Source of the DNA: Macrostomum lignano
Lineage: Eukaryota
Length of the DNA: 64,000 nucleotides
Assembly: GCA_002269645.1 (NCBI GenBank)
Contig: NIVC01000301.1
Coordinates: forward strand, 542,460 to 606,459
Reading direction: 5' to 3'
Position numbers and translations under genes: made by a program. Below are positions 37,606-50,393 of this stretch, one piece after another (the first letter of the stretch is position 1; every line of letters begins with the position of its first letter). The notes below the pieces were generated by a model that did not search any database, was not told the origin of the DNA, and saw nothing but the letters and a program-made list of their open reading frames with translations.

Positions 37606-39127
37606 AGTGATAGCTAATAATGTCTTGTCGTTTTGTTCTGTGCACTTGTGGTATTCTGCTGCATCGTCATTGTTATCGTGACAGAGTTGTTATAGGATGC
37701 AGAAGATGCAATATCGTTATGTCGACTCACTTCGCTTTTGTCCTTCTACAAGCCTGTGGAGGCACAGGGTTAAGGCTGAGAATGAGAATAGCCGCTCGAA
37801 TTGCTTTTTTCAACGCAAAAGCTTTCAGATTTCACTGGTAGAACTGCCTGTCTCTTTACTGAATTGAGATTCAACTGCAGACGAATTTCTACTTCAAAGC
37901 ACGCATCAGTGAGCTCGTTGCAATCAAGCTGTGTTGAAAAACCTTTGTTGCAACCAAGCTGTGTTGAGAAAACATTGTTGCTTTGTTCAAAAACCATTGT
38001 TGCAACCAAGCCCTGTTGAAAAACCATAATAAAAGCATGAGCAGTCAGCTGTCACTGGCAAAAAAGCATGTGTTCCAGATGTTTTCATCGTTTTTCAATT
38101 TGATGAAAATAGAATTTGTGAGGCGTATGGTGAGAGTACCTCCAAAAGTAACCTGTTCGCGTGGGTCTGCAGTACCGTATCTGTGTAGCGGATCGAGACT
38201 CAAAAGTTAGCTAGCTGGATGTGGCATTGTCACTTCTTTGTTTTTCCATAACCCTCAAGTAATAACGTTTTATGGCGCATTGGAGAAGTTAGAAACGGAC
38301 ATGGTACCACTTTCGATCATGCAGGTGACTGAACATTATACTCGTCCGAGTATCAAGTTGTTATGTCTACTGTTATCGGTACGCTCGTAGTTGAAGCGCC
38401 CTACGCTGGACATTCCTGGACTTTATCAAACAGACTTGGGTGACAAATCCGGGCAATAAAAGGATTTATGATCATACGCTCGTATAACAAATCAGTGTAG
38501 TGAAAAATTCATTGAAGACACGACTAGAAACCAAGGACCACTAGGAACTCTTCTTTCAAGTCTAGTAGTCCTTGCTAGAAACACAGGCGCAGGTCCGGGT
38601 CCCTTCCGGAGCGTTTTTAAGCTCCATTCTAGAGCCCTAGTGAGAAACGGATCGGATGTGTCGTTGTTTCTATCTATAAACAGTATATACATGTACAGAC
38701 TGCATGTGTATTGAAATCCTATTTACTTTTTTACTCGCTTTTTGAACTTCTGAAAGGCAAATGAAGGCATGAACAGGTTGATATGACAAAAAACAGGAAT
38801 GCAACAGAATGGCTAAAAATCTGAATTCAAGTAAACTTGCCGACCAACCATCCAGTCGCAGACAAGCGTCACTACATACATGTATGCTCTCAGAAGTATT
38901 AAAAAACGGAAATACTTCTTCCGTTTAGAAAAAAAACAAATTCAATGAAACTTCAAAGAGAGGTGTCTATATTTCGGATGCTAAAGTCCTGCAGTAAGAG
39001 CGCGGAGGTAAGGTAAAAGCAGAATACACCGTTTCTTAGTGAGGCACCACTAAGATAATCTCACTGCATCACCGTCGCATCCATGGATTCCAGTCGTTAT
39101 TTTTTTGCTTGTCTTGGCAGTCCGCTT

Positions 39128-39612
39128 GACTTACTTGACTTAGCTGCAGGGGGCTTCGCGCGTCCGGAAACAGCGAGGAGGCGTTGCCGCCCATTTCGCT
39201 AGCCCCTGGCGACCACGGGCAGCTAGTGCTGCGGTGTCGCGCAGGGAGTTCCGGTGGTGCCGGCGTCCGCAGCGCGGTCCCCCTCCGGAGTGTCCAGGAG
39301 GTGGATGTTCGCTCGCCCAGTAGCCCTTAGGTAGCGGACGAACTGGCAGAGATTCTCGGGCCTGAAAACGTCGGAGAGGTCCGGGTTTGGGCCGAGGTAG
39401 GTGAGCCTGTCCTGAGTAAAGGCGGGGCATTCACAGATGAAGTGCTCCGCATTCTCGACACCGGAGAGGCAGAAAGGGCATTCCTCACTGCGGATTTTCT
39501 CCTGGAGGTAACGATGCCTGGCAAAGCAGCCATGACCCGAGAGGGCCATGGTCACCGCCCTGATGTCCCTGCGGTTAAGTCCAAGCAGGGCCCTGCGTAG
39601 GGCGGAGGAGGG
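39128..39612 (-). mobile_element. 5'-truncated non-LTR retrotransposon (R1/LOA/I group) with tandem-repeat tail
   Basis: ORF2 C-terminus RDIRAVTMALSGHG...CPFC...ENAEHFICECP (C-X2-C-X8-H-X4-C); tail AAGTCAAGTAAGTC; perfect 13-bp TSD TGGCAGTCCGCTT (39115-39127, 39613-39625). Confidence 0.88.
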
Positions 39613-40365
39613 TGGCAGTCCGCTTAGTTCTTCAGAAGCTTCTAGAGTTCGTTTTTTAGCTCGGAAGACCAATGATCGCGTCGGTTCGGTTTGTGACTGC
39701 TGCCTCTCATGGAATGGACTATTCAAAACATTTAGCAAGTTTTACAAGACCGCCTATATTACGGACAGACGTAAAATCCGCGTAAGTTTTCCGCGTTCAC
39801 AGATCTTCTGGATAGAGACTACCGACAAACGGAACTACTAAGGTAACACTTCAAGGAATTGACTGAATTGGGTCTACTTGGGCCTTAAAAAAAACAACTG
39901 AGCACGTGTTGCATGTAACGAGCGAACCTCTATCGCTCCATCGATGAAAACCTGTGTGTACTTGTGTGATAGTATATGTTAAATATTGAATATAGGATAG
40001 TGGAGATTGAGTGTGAATTGGAGTTTAATCATCGGTGAAAGTGCACAGCAGAAGATGCTTCCATGCAGCGAATGACCCGTGTATTATGACCGTAAATGAG
40101 TTTTTAATTGCGCTCATTTATAGATTGAACTGCTTGGCGTTACTGTATTTTAGGCGACGCTGGATATTTATTTAGGTGTCATTGTAAATTTTTTAGCTTT
40201 TCTCAGCTCGTTTCCAGTCTAGATGAGTTCACGGAGCTCCTACGAGTACTTTAGCCTTATCAGTCATCAAGGGATTCTAATTCTAATGGGAATTGTCAGC
40301 AGTCAGTTTGCAGCTCCTGGTTAACATAGGTAATGCTCCTGTCAGAGAAATCTATTGAGTAGCCG

Positions 40366-41839
40366 TCAATGACCAATGCAATCGGCGAATAGGGTGAGCA
40401 GTCTCAGTCGAACCCAGCCGTGCTCACTGCCTACACTGGCAGCAGCTACTGTGGAGCAGTTGCTTCCGCCACAGAAGGAGCCACCGCCGCCTCCGGCATG
40501 CTGCGGACTCACTCCAGCTCCACCTCCGCAGTAGCCGCCGCCGCCGCCGCCCGCCCCAGTCGAAGAAGCTCCTCCGCCCCCACCGAATCCGCCATGGCCA
40601 GCGCTGCCGGCTCCGGCGCTGCCGCCGATCCAGCCTGCAGTGCGGCCGCTTCCTCCCTCGCCTTGTTTCTCATCGGTTCTCCCTCAAGAAGCGCTGTCCA
40701 TCCAGCCAGCTCCGCAGCCACCTGCGTCCTGAGAGCTATTAGCCGGACCATTGCTTCCTGGGTTGCCGCCAGCTCCTCCAGATCCCCTTTTGTCGTTGTC
40801 ATTGCCAATCGAATCGCCTCCTTGGATGTTAATCTCCGTTCCACCTAAAACAAATTCGATCTCATTGGATTTCAGCTGTAAACTTAGCAGCGTCTTGTCG
40901 AAATAAAATTTACCTTGGTTGAAGCGCGAGGCGCCTCCGCCTCCGCCCGCCGCGATCAGAAGCTCGCTGTTGTCACTCCGGTACGCGAAGCTGCCTCCAC
41001 CTCCGCCAGCTCCTGAGTTTTTATCGTTGACCGAGCCTCCAGACTGGCCAACCACAATGACCAGCTGGGTGCCGGCGCTCAGGTTGAAGCTGCCAGCAGT
41101 GAAGGCGCCGACGCCTCCGAGCTTGGACTCGAAGGAATTCGCTCCACCATTCGCTCCCGCGGCTTCGATGCGATAGCAGCCTGTCAGGATGATTTCCATC
41201 GTCTGGATTGAACCGTTTCTTCCCGTGCTGCTGTCTGCAACCATCGGGTTCGAGCTTATGTTTAATTACTATTTAAAGCTTATCAAGATCGATGGCACAC
41301 TTGCATCCGCTCATTACTCACTCGAGAAAGTCCTGGTGAATGCAGACGCGTTCAGAGCTCTAGACTGGATCAGCTCACGCAGATCCTTCGCAGTCCACGT
41401 CCGAGCTCCGGGCTCCGACCCGAGCAGTCTCTTCACGTGGCTCTCCGGAGATCCAGGGACCTGAGACGCGTCATTCACGATGGCGAGTTGGCAGACGCTG
41501 TCCGTCTCGATGACAACGGCCACCGCGCAGTGGCGCATTCGGCACAACATCAGGCAGCTGGGCACAGAAGCGACACCCGTGATGTTATGAGCTTGCTGCT
41601 GGTGGTTGCGTTAAGGAGAAGGGCGCCGTCATGGGGTAGGTAGTTCACGCTGCAGGCTGCAAGGTGCAGTTAAATCAATAAGCCTCGACATTAATCATGA
41701 AATTCATGTGATTAAAAAGCTTGACTGCATGCATATTGCAATCCAAAAAATAACCTTGTCCGACTCCAATCAGCAAAGGTTGAATCGCAAGCACCAGCCA
41801 TAAGACTGCGACCATTTTTCCGTCTGTCAGATATGCCAT
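40366..41839 (-). pseudogene. Disrupted secreted protein: signal peptide, PAN-like module, ALK/LTK-type glycine-rich domain; exons approx. 41839/41815-41755, 41656-41379, 41234-40914, 40844-40366
   Basis: MVAVLWLVLAIQPLLIGVGQA signal; SCLMLC...CAVAV...CQL; YRIEAAGANGG...FNLSAGTQLVIVVGQ.G...GGGGGSF...LLIAAGGGGG; the Gly-rich frame continues (GGFGGGGG...GGGGGYCGG...GGGGSFC) past an in-frame TGA at 40686-40684; frameshift near 41587. Confidence 0.7.
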
Positions 41840-42415
41840 GGACTCGTGATGCAGCAATCGTGTGTTTTGCAGAGGTTTTCGGAGCGGGGCTGTCTCTCGC
41901 TTCGAGGCCTACTCTTAATATACTTGTATTAAAGAAGGTCTGTGATTGATGTCACTAATGATTCTGTAGCCAGTTGAATGAGGGCAGAAGTTCAATCTGC
42001 TAAAATGCTCATATACGAGTGTGACTGGTGACATGTGACTTGAGGTGACTTGATGTGGCATGTAAACTCAAAAATGCTTATATTCAAAGACGACATATGA
42101 ATTCACAAAAATGAATTCATTCTAGTCGGCGCGAACTATTTGCAAATAAGAACCTCATCCTTACAATTGAGAAGACCCTTCAACTGAGATGACAGATCAC
42201 ATCAGGTCACCTAGCCTGAGTTCAAGCTGAATTCGAAGTACGAAAATCGCATATATACACTACATCGTTGAAACTTAAATTGTGTACCAGCGACTATGTT
42301 TGACATGTTGTATTTTATATTAAGTACTATAAAAGTTGAAAGGTTTAACATGCTGTCAGTATCGCTCCTGTCTCCTATCGCGCTATCTATCTATCTGCTT
42401 CGTGGCTTGCTGAGC

Positions 42416-42921
42416 CAGGGAGTCAGGGACTATACTTAAACTAGGGACGGGAAACTGGCCAAAAACTGGCTTGAAAAAAGTTGGCTGGCTAGAGTTTGTT
42501 TCGTCTTCAGCTACGCTCGTCATTCATTATATCAGGCTCTATCAGTCATCAGACAGACTAAAGCCAAGCCTTCGTTGCATGCTCATGCAATTGATACACA
42601 AGTGTTATAGTGATGCGTTTTATACCATATAGACAACAAGCCGTCTGACTGCAGATTTTTTTAGGCATTCTCTATACAAAACACTGTGAAAAAATGGGGT
42701 TCTGTGTACAAAAAAGCTCACACTGCTCCTCTCAGAATGAAGATTGACAAACATCGAGTAGTGCAGTGCAGCTTGTAGAGGGATAAATTTTGTACAGGAA
42801 GGCGAAGTAAACAGCTTTCTACGCTCAATAATAAATTCTAGGGAGTAATAGAAAAAACCAGCCTCCAACTATTTTCTGCATGATTTGGCCAGTTTCTCGT
42901 CCCTAGTTTAAGTAGTCCCTG
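42416..42921. mobile_element. MITE-like element (~0.5 kb) with hAT-like CAGGG termini
   Basis: ~38-40 bp inverted ends CAGGGACTA(TA)CTTAAACTAGGGACG(G/A)GAAACTGGCCAAA; flanking direct repeat CTGAGC (6-8 bp depending on boundary). Confidence 0.7.
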
Positions 42922-43803
42922 CTGAGCTTCATCTTGCTCTGGTAGAAAGCATGCATGTATGTTTGTGCGATTCTCACAGTTTTTTTAGCGTCGTACAGCC
43001 TGACAGCCTAAACCATCGGTACATGTAAATTGCAGCCCTTTCACTTTAACTGGTGCTTTTGACCTAGATGTACACATACTATGTATAAATTTAGGACATG
43101 TGCATGTGCGAGACTGCATGCATTGCAATGCCTTTGCCTTTTAACAATTTGTTTTTTCTCAATTACATTCATAAATTTGTTAACCTTAAGTCTTGTACGC
43201 CTTTTCTTTTTAGGACCTTCTGTAATATTCTGTCACGGGGCCCCTGCATGCGCATCGCGCTACATATGTAACAGTAGTGTATTTTATAAAGAATACATTG
43301 TGAGGGTCTCCGGCCAAAATATGCATGAAAGAGACATAAGTGTAATGATTTAGATTTAAAATTGATGAAAATCAATCGCTGATCTCTGTCAATAGTGGGA
43401 AACCACACTCATTCAGTTTTGTTGCAATGTCCGGATTGGGTCCTGCTACATAGCTTTACGGTCAACTTTAAAATAAGCTAAACTTTAAGCAGGAAGAGAA
43501 TACTTGAGAATAGGATAAATATTTTTCAACAAAAAAATTTACGAAGATTTTTAGGTACAATACGCTCTTGGAAACTAAATTTATCATGTCTAATTTAGTT
43601 TAAACACTAACTTTTTTTGAACTCTTAACTTTGCTAGAAATAATCTAGATCTAGATCCAAATCATGGATGGTTGTCTGCCAATCTACAAACATTCAAACA
43701 TTATGTAATACAAATTTAATTGGACGCTAATATAGAAAACTGCCAAATACAACTTTCTATCGCAGATGCCTTGATTTTTCAAGAAAAGTCTGAATATATT
43801 GTC

Positions 43804-46800
43804 ATGTCGGCATCGTCATCATCGAACTTAGTTGACAAAGTTGTCCGAATAAAAATTTCACGTGGACTCAACGACGAAGTTACAGTTGATCCCGAGAATT
43901 TCGAAGATTATAACTTGTTTGATAAGTCAAATCTACCAATCCGATTTCATGATATATACAAAGAAAAAAAGACCATCATTGTGTTTTTGAGGGTAAGTTT
44001 TTAGTATATTTTATATTATACATGTATTTTTAGGCAGTTGTTATTGTTATGGTGACCATATAAACAAAAAATGTTTTTTTGTAGGCCTATAGTCAACACA
44101 TTAAACAGTTACTATCTAAACTAGGTAACGAAATTGTGAGTGTGTATATAATATGAGGCTATAAATACAGTAATTAAAAAATAAAGAAATGAGTTTTTAA
44201 TTATTGATAGGGGGCCTACAATGTGACTAGGTGACTAGTGGTTCATATAATTGACTTTAACTAGCTTAAATTTTGAACCTAACTTTAAATGTTAATGAAA
44301 ATTCTTCTTCCTACATAAAAATAGCAATTTTGCTTATAATTAAAAATAGATTATTTTTTTAAACCAAGTGTAAAGTTGCCAACTTTTTGGCCAACTTAAG
44401 TTACCAACTTTAGAAAAAAAACTAGAATTTTATTTTGGCATACACTTATTATAATCCAGACTATAGGGTCATATACTTTGTAGTAAATGATAAAAGCTGC
44501 CTTTTTATTGAACCAACCTCTACTTTGTTCTTTTTCAAAGCTTCCAACTATCTGCTATACCCCTATATATTCTATAATAAGCTTATTAGTATTATGTATA
44601 ATTATGATAGCCTAGTAATATTCCTATACTATTGGCAGTATTGATAATACTTTTTGGGTGTTAAATATCAAAAGCCTTATAAGTCTAAACTTTTAAAAGT
44701 ATTAGACTTTATTAACTTCTAATACAATTTTTCAATTTTCCAATAGTTTAATAGTCCTATACCATTCCCATTGAACCTAGTTGGAATAAGTGGACAAATA
44801 GTCAAAGAACTAAGCAATTTAATTTGTTTAGTGATAGCTGCCTATACATTTTTTGAAAATGTTATATGCATCTTAATAAATACTTGGTTTAAACAACTTA
44901 ACCTATGTAGCTATGGTCAATGCTTAGAAAAATTATAGAAGATTGCATCTAAATAATAAAATTACCTTCTCTGATATTTTTGTACTAAAGAAAATGATTT
45001 ACCTTTTTTTTATTTAGAAAACTAAAGAAAGCTAATCCTCATCAAACACTTTAGCACCCACAGTGCTTTGCTGCCAAAGAGTACATGGAGGACTTGGCAA
45101 CAATACCTGATGGTGTCCTGCAGCAAGCCAACGTTCAACTTGTTGCGGTTGTGCCCAGCATGCCTGAGCTGCTGTCGGTATGTCTGATTTGTGTTGCTTT
45201 TCATGAGTTTCACCATTGCTGTTCTTGTCTTTATTGATCAAATTGCTTTATTTTTACTAGCTGAAAACAATTCAACACTTTGCAGGTGTTCAAAGAGGAG
45301 ACTGGCTTTAGGCATGCACTTTACTGCGACCCCAGTGCTAACATCTACAGAAAAATTGGCTTTAAATGCGGAGTTGTGCCGCATGACCAATGTGAGTTAT
45401 TGAGAACTGCATGATAACACTAGAAAAAGGACCGCATATTTGAAATAGCTGCCAAATCCTCTCCCAGACCCTCAGTTGCTGGGCCACTCACCCTCCCAGA
45501 TGCTTAGTTGCTGGCCAGCCACTCTCTCAGATCCTCAAGTTGCTGGCCAGCCACACTCTCACTCTCTCAGATCCTCAAGTTGCTGGCCAGCCACTCTCTC
45601 ACTCTCTCAGATCCTCAGTTGCTGGCCAGCCACTCTCTCACCCCCCCAGATCCTCAAGTTGCTGGCCAGCCACTCTCTCACTCTCTCAGATCCTCAGTTG
45701 CTGGCCAGCCACTCTCTCACTCCTCAGATCCTCAAGTTGCTGGCCAGCCACTCTCTCTCTCTCAGATCCTCAGTTGCTGGCCAGCCACTCTCTCACCTCT
45801 CAGATCCTCAGTTGCTGGCCAGCCACTCTCTCACTCTCTCAGATCCTCAGTTGCTGGCCAGCCACTCTCTCACTCTCTCAGATCCTCAGTTGCTGGCCAG
45901 CCACTCTCTCACTCTCTCAGATCCTCAGTTGCTGGCCAGCCACTCTCTCACCCTCCAGATCCTCAGTTGCTAGCCAGCCACTCTCTCACTCTCTCAGATC
46001 CTCAGTTGCTAGCCAGCCACTCTCTCACTCTCTCAGATCCTTAAGTTGCTGGGCCGGCCATCCCAGATCCTCAGTCGCTGGCCAGCCACTCTCTCACCCT
46101 CCCAGATCCTCAAGTTGCTGGCCAGCCACTCTCTCTCTCTCTCTCAGATCCTCAGTTGCTGGCCAGCCACTCTCTCACCCTCCCAGATCCTCAGTTGCTG
46201 GCCAGCCACTCTCTCACTCTCTCAGATCCTCAGTTGCTGGCCAGCCACTCTCTCACTCTCTCAGATCCTCAGTTGCTGGCCAGCCACTCTCTCACCCTCC
46301 CAGATCCTCAGTTGCTGGCCAGCCACTCTCTCACTCTCTCAGATCCTCAGTTGCTGGCCAGCCACTCTCTCACCCTCCCAGATCCTTAAGTTGCTGGGCC
46401 GGCCATCCCAGATCCTCAGTCGCTGGGCCGGCCATCCCAGATCCTCAGTCGCTGGGCCGGCCATCCCAGATCCTCAGTCGCTGGGCCGGCCATCCCAGAT
46501 CCTCACTCTCAGCAGCAGACCCGCCGCCCCTGAACGCCCAGCAGACCCGGTCAACAACAAGCACGTGAAGTCCAGCTGGATGTTAGGCGTCCTGCGCAGC
46601 ACCTACCGCACGGCCGTGCTGTACCGGGACTTCAACGCCGACATGCTGGTGAACGGCGGCTGCCTGGTGCTGGGGCCGGGCCGGCAGCTACACTGCAGCC
46701 ACCTGGACAACGGCATGTTCGACCAGATGCCCATCAACAGCCTGCTGGAGCGAGTCTGCGGCGTCACTATGAGCTTCCCCAAGGACCGGCGCGTGCTGCA

Positions 46801-46807
46801 CCTCTGA
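43804..46807 (+). CDS. PRXL2C: Peroxiredoxin-like 2C (AAED1, AhpC/TSA_2 family), 227 aa; exons 43804-43992, 45055-45177, 45286-45391, 46542-46807
   Basis: TIIVFLR|HPQCFAAKEYMEDLA...ANVQLV; YCDP...IYRKIG; KHVKS...NGGCLVLGPG...H...DQMPINSLL follows PRXL2C; splice phases 0,0,1 are consistent. Confidence 0.85.
45465..46510. repeat. Minisatellite, ~34-39 bp (cagatcctcagttgctggccagccactctctcactctct), ~28 copies, filling PRXL2C intron 3
   Basis: Tandem units read directly. Confidence 0.95.
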
Positions 46808-47590
46808 TTCACCGAGGCTGTCATCAATCTTTTCTGGTCTGCTGCGTTTATTGACAAATTTGTATTGCGGTAAGCAAAAAGTCAAGTCCTAATTAGTCAG
46901 CAAGATTTCTAGTATTCTCATCATTTGTGTTTCTCTGATAGATTTTAAGTACAAGTGCAATGAAGTATTGTTTTGTTCGGCAGTAAATAAAATATCTTTA
47001 ATTGCATTAAGCTCTTTGATTCATTTTCAGCAGCGGTCTCTGCTCAGCTCTCGTCTTTCTCTCATCTCTCATCTCTTCTCTCCTCTTCTCTTACCGTATT
47101 TTGTGTCTGCTCTCTTCTCCTTTATTTCCTCGCCTCGCCTGTTCCCTCCCTCTCCTCCCGTTCTGGAGAGCACTTTTTTGCCAGACGCGGTCTCTCACCA
47201 ATGGGCAGCTGCAGCTAAATGCACTTCATGCAGCGATAGGACAAATGTGCCATACCGGGCTCTGGTTCATTTCTAAGAAATCGAATGCAATGTCCTGCTT
47301 CATTATTGTCACTAGAATAGTGGCACACTTGAATTCCACTCACTCTAGTGCGTGCAAATACTTGCTACTGTAAGTTTAGGTCTGTTTCATGTTTATACAG
47401 TAATGGTTTTAATAAAGATGCATGATGTAAAGAATTTCAAACTGAAAACGAAGACTATAGAGCTTTTCAGTTTTATTAACTTCCTGTAGGAAAAGATCTG
47501 GCCATGCAGCCAAGCTACACGCGCGTCAGAATGTGAAATTAAATGAAATCATACTATTGTGCTCTCATTGCATTTTGAGCTGGCTAAAGG

Positions 47591-48194
47591 TCACGGGTGG
47601 CTCTTCGCAGCCAGAGGCGGTGGGAAGCCTATAAATGTTCTTTTCAGGCCGTGGAATAAAGGCGCTTGAGTTTCCTGCTGGCGTAACTCCACCTTCAGAT
47701 CGGATTTCTCCCGGACTATTGAACACCTTCCGGGTTCAGTCGGGGCCTGACGCTGTCGCTGGTCGGTGCATTCGCTTTCAGCCGGCTGCAGTGGCTGCTG
47801 CTGACTGTCCAGTCTGAGGACTGCCATTCTTTTCGTCAGCTCGTCAACCTGAGCCGCTTCGAACTGCAGTCGAAATCGATCAAACTGTACCGATCTGCTC
47901 GTTAAAATTTCAATAAACTAAATAGCCTCGATCAGCTCCTTACCTGACGCCGACGGACTTCGGTAGAATCCTCCACGAGATGTCCACCGTGCCGCAGCTG
48001 ATTCGCCCACAGTCTAGCAGTGAGCTGCGGTGCGTACGATATTCAAAGGATTTATCACTATTCAAAAGAGGCTTTAAGGTCATCCAGCTACACGTTTTGC
48101 TGGGGATACAGGCTGGAAGTGTGGCGAGACTTACACAGAGCTGGTAACAGTGCGAATTTCGCGGTGGCAACGGCGGCTGCATGGTGTCTGACAT
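47591..48194 (-). CDS. Two-exon orphan protein, 184 aa (exons 48194-47944, 47894-47591)
   Basis: Two track ORFs are joined in frame by a 49-nt intron AG|gtaagg...gagcag|A; AATAAA on the minus strand ~115 nt past the stop; no family recognised. Confidence 0.55.
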
Positions 48195-50393
48195 TCTGAC
48201 ACGGCGAGAACTGTTGAACTCGGGGGCCTTAATTGCATAATAAATTATGCACCAGCTGTAGATAATGGCTCACTTCCACGTGCCGATGCCAACTGCGTTT
48301 CGTGATAGACTTTGCAGCACTACATGTATGTACTGCTTCAAACGCAATTGATAATTACGAGTATATGATTAACTAATTCAAGCCATAGACAGCTGGACCA
48401 AATGAATGTATAGAGTAGTGCATTTTATCGGATTCCGTTCATGTACATTTTTGAGCTCCATGGTGGGTCATATTTAGATAGAAATGGGTCTGGGTCTTTA
48501 TCGAGTGACTGTTCTTGGTCATGACCACGAGCTACATGTATAACTTATAGTTTCATTGTACAGTAGTCAAGCCGACAGTCGATCCACAGCCGTTGTCACA
48601 CACGTTTCGCGCTGAGCAGCTCACCCGCTAGCTCAACTTGAGCAGAAAACGGAACACTTTAGAGGTAGTGAAAGGACGAAGGAATTAGATTATGAGCACC
48701 TGGTGCGACGCCTTCGGCGAAATCATCTCTTAGTGCGATATGGATCCAGGATTTTTCCGGGAGTCATTCACCTCTAATTTTTTCGAACCCCTAGACTTCC
48801 CTGAATCTGGATTCAAGCCCTGCTAATGTATATGGCCGGCCACAAGGTAGAAGTTGATTGCATCTCTCTATTGCAATTTTTGCGCCAGGCACGATTTTCT
48901 AAACAAAGCTTCCTAAGCCCTGCGTGTCTACTCGTAGAGTCTTCGCGTGACAGCCCATGTCTCGTAAATACTTTAAAGCCAGGTTCGGACACTTACACTT
49001 ACTCGAAAGCGTGGATCACAATTAAGCCGCAGACCACTCTTTTATCAGAAAAGGCCACGACAAAAAAACTTTAGAAATTAAAAATTAATAAATCAGTCAA
49101 CTACAGCCTTGATCAAAGTGACTGCCCCGCTTTCACTGGTGGTGCCTCTTGTCACTCTCTCCTTGATGTACTCTATTGAAGTCTTCTAATCTTGTTCCTT
49201 TGAGGACTTGTTTCACTTTGGGGAAGAGGTCCAACTCTACAAGCTGTCTTTGGCTTTGGCTCACTGGAAACGCCTTGTGCGATGTGGCAGTGTAGTGATG
49301 TAGCAACCAGCCATTGTTCTCCCATTGTTCGCAATATGTAAAATAGATGCTTTGACTTTAACTTTGACTTTGACGATCTTTGACATTGTCCCGCTTCCAA
49401 TTTGAAATAAGCATACACAGCAAGCAGGTCAATGAAACTGTTTGATCTATTTGATACTATGATAGATAGTTGATTGATTTATTTAATTTCTGTTCTAATG
49501 TACAAAAATTAAATCGGTTTTTAGTAGTTCTCGCCTTGAGTCCAGCAAAAGTAAAAAAATAATTAAGCAAACAATATGCCAGCTACAGATAATTATGAAT
49601 TAATAACTTTAGTCACGTGACAGCAGACATGGCACACAGCTGCTGGATAGCGGTATATATAAGTCCAGAAGCAAGTTAAGTTAGTATGCAGTCAGTTGGC
49701 GGATTCGATCTGCTCAATTAAAAGCCACCTCTTCGACCAGTGTCTCCAGTGAATATTCGAGCAGTTAAATTCCGACACTGATACTCTCAACAGATTAAGC
49801 AGAAAAAACAGGCCAGATAGCTGTGTATAACAGATTTTCTATTTTTAATGTACAAACAAAAGTGTTTTCGAAATAAACTCATTTGTAAATAAATAAATAT
49901 ACGCATAGCCCGATGAAAACGGTAACCCAGGACAAGAAGCCTCTCAGAGTAGTTGCAGGTAACACAGGTAAAATAGGAAAGAACTGACTCCAGCCAGACG
50001 ATGAGATGTCACGGAAGAAAGTCGCCAGAAAGTCATCGAAGAGAAGAATGACTCTGTTAAGTCTACTTGAGTAAGTAGAATGTTAAGCGCTAACAATGAC
50101 TCTTTCGTGACTCAACAGTACAATCGTTTTGAGTCCTTAAAACAGTCGCCCCAGAGTGCGTTGTTTGCAATGAATTCTTGAACGATTCTTGTCCCAGTAA
50201 CGTTTTTAACGCATAGGAGAAAGATTACAAATATACTATTAATAGATGTTCTATCTAGAAAGGTAACGCGCATTTCTGCTCTCTCCTATCTGCCTGTCTG
50301 TCTGAAAACAATAATTATGTCCATGGGAGATTTGCTGTTTATTTGGTGCTTGCTTAGACACAGGTGGGGGCCATCCAGCTGGTGATTGACAGC

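Noticed and set aside
40684-40686. In-frame TGA as selenocysteine or programmed readthrough
   Set aside because: The same gene also has a frameshift, the position is not a recognisable catalytic Cys, and no SECIS was recognised; mutation or base error is simpler
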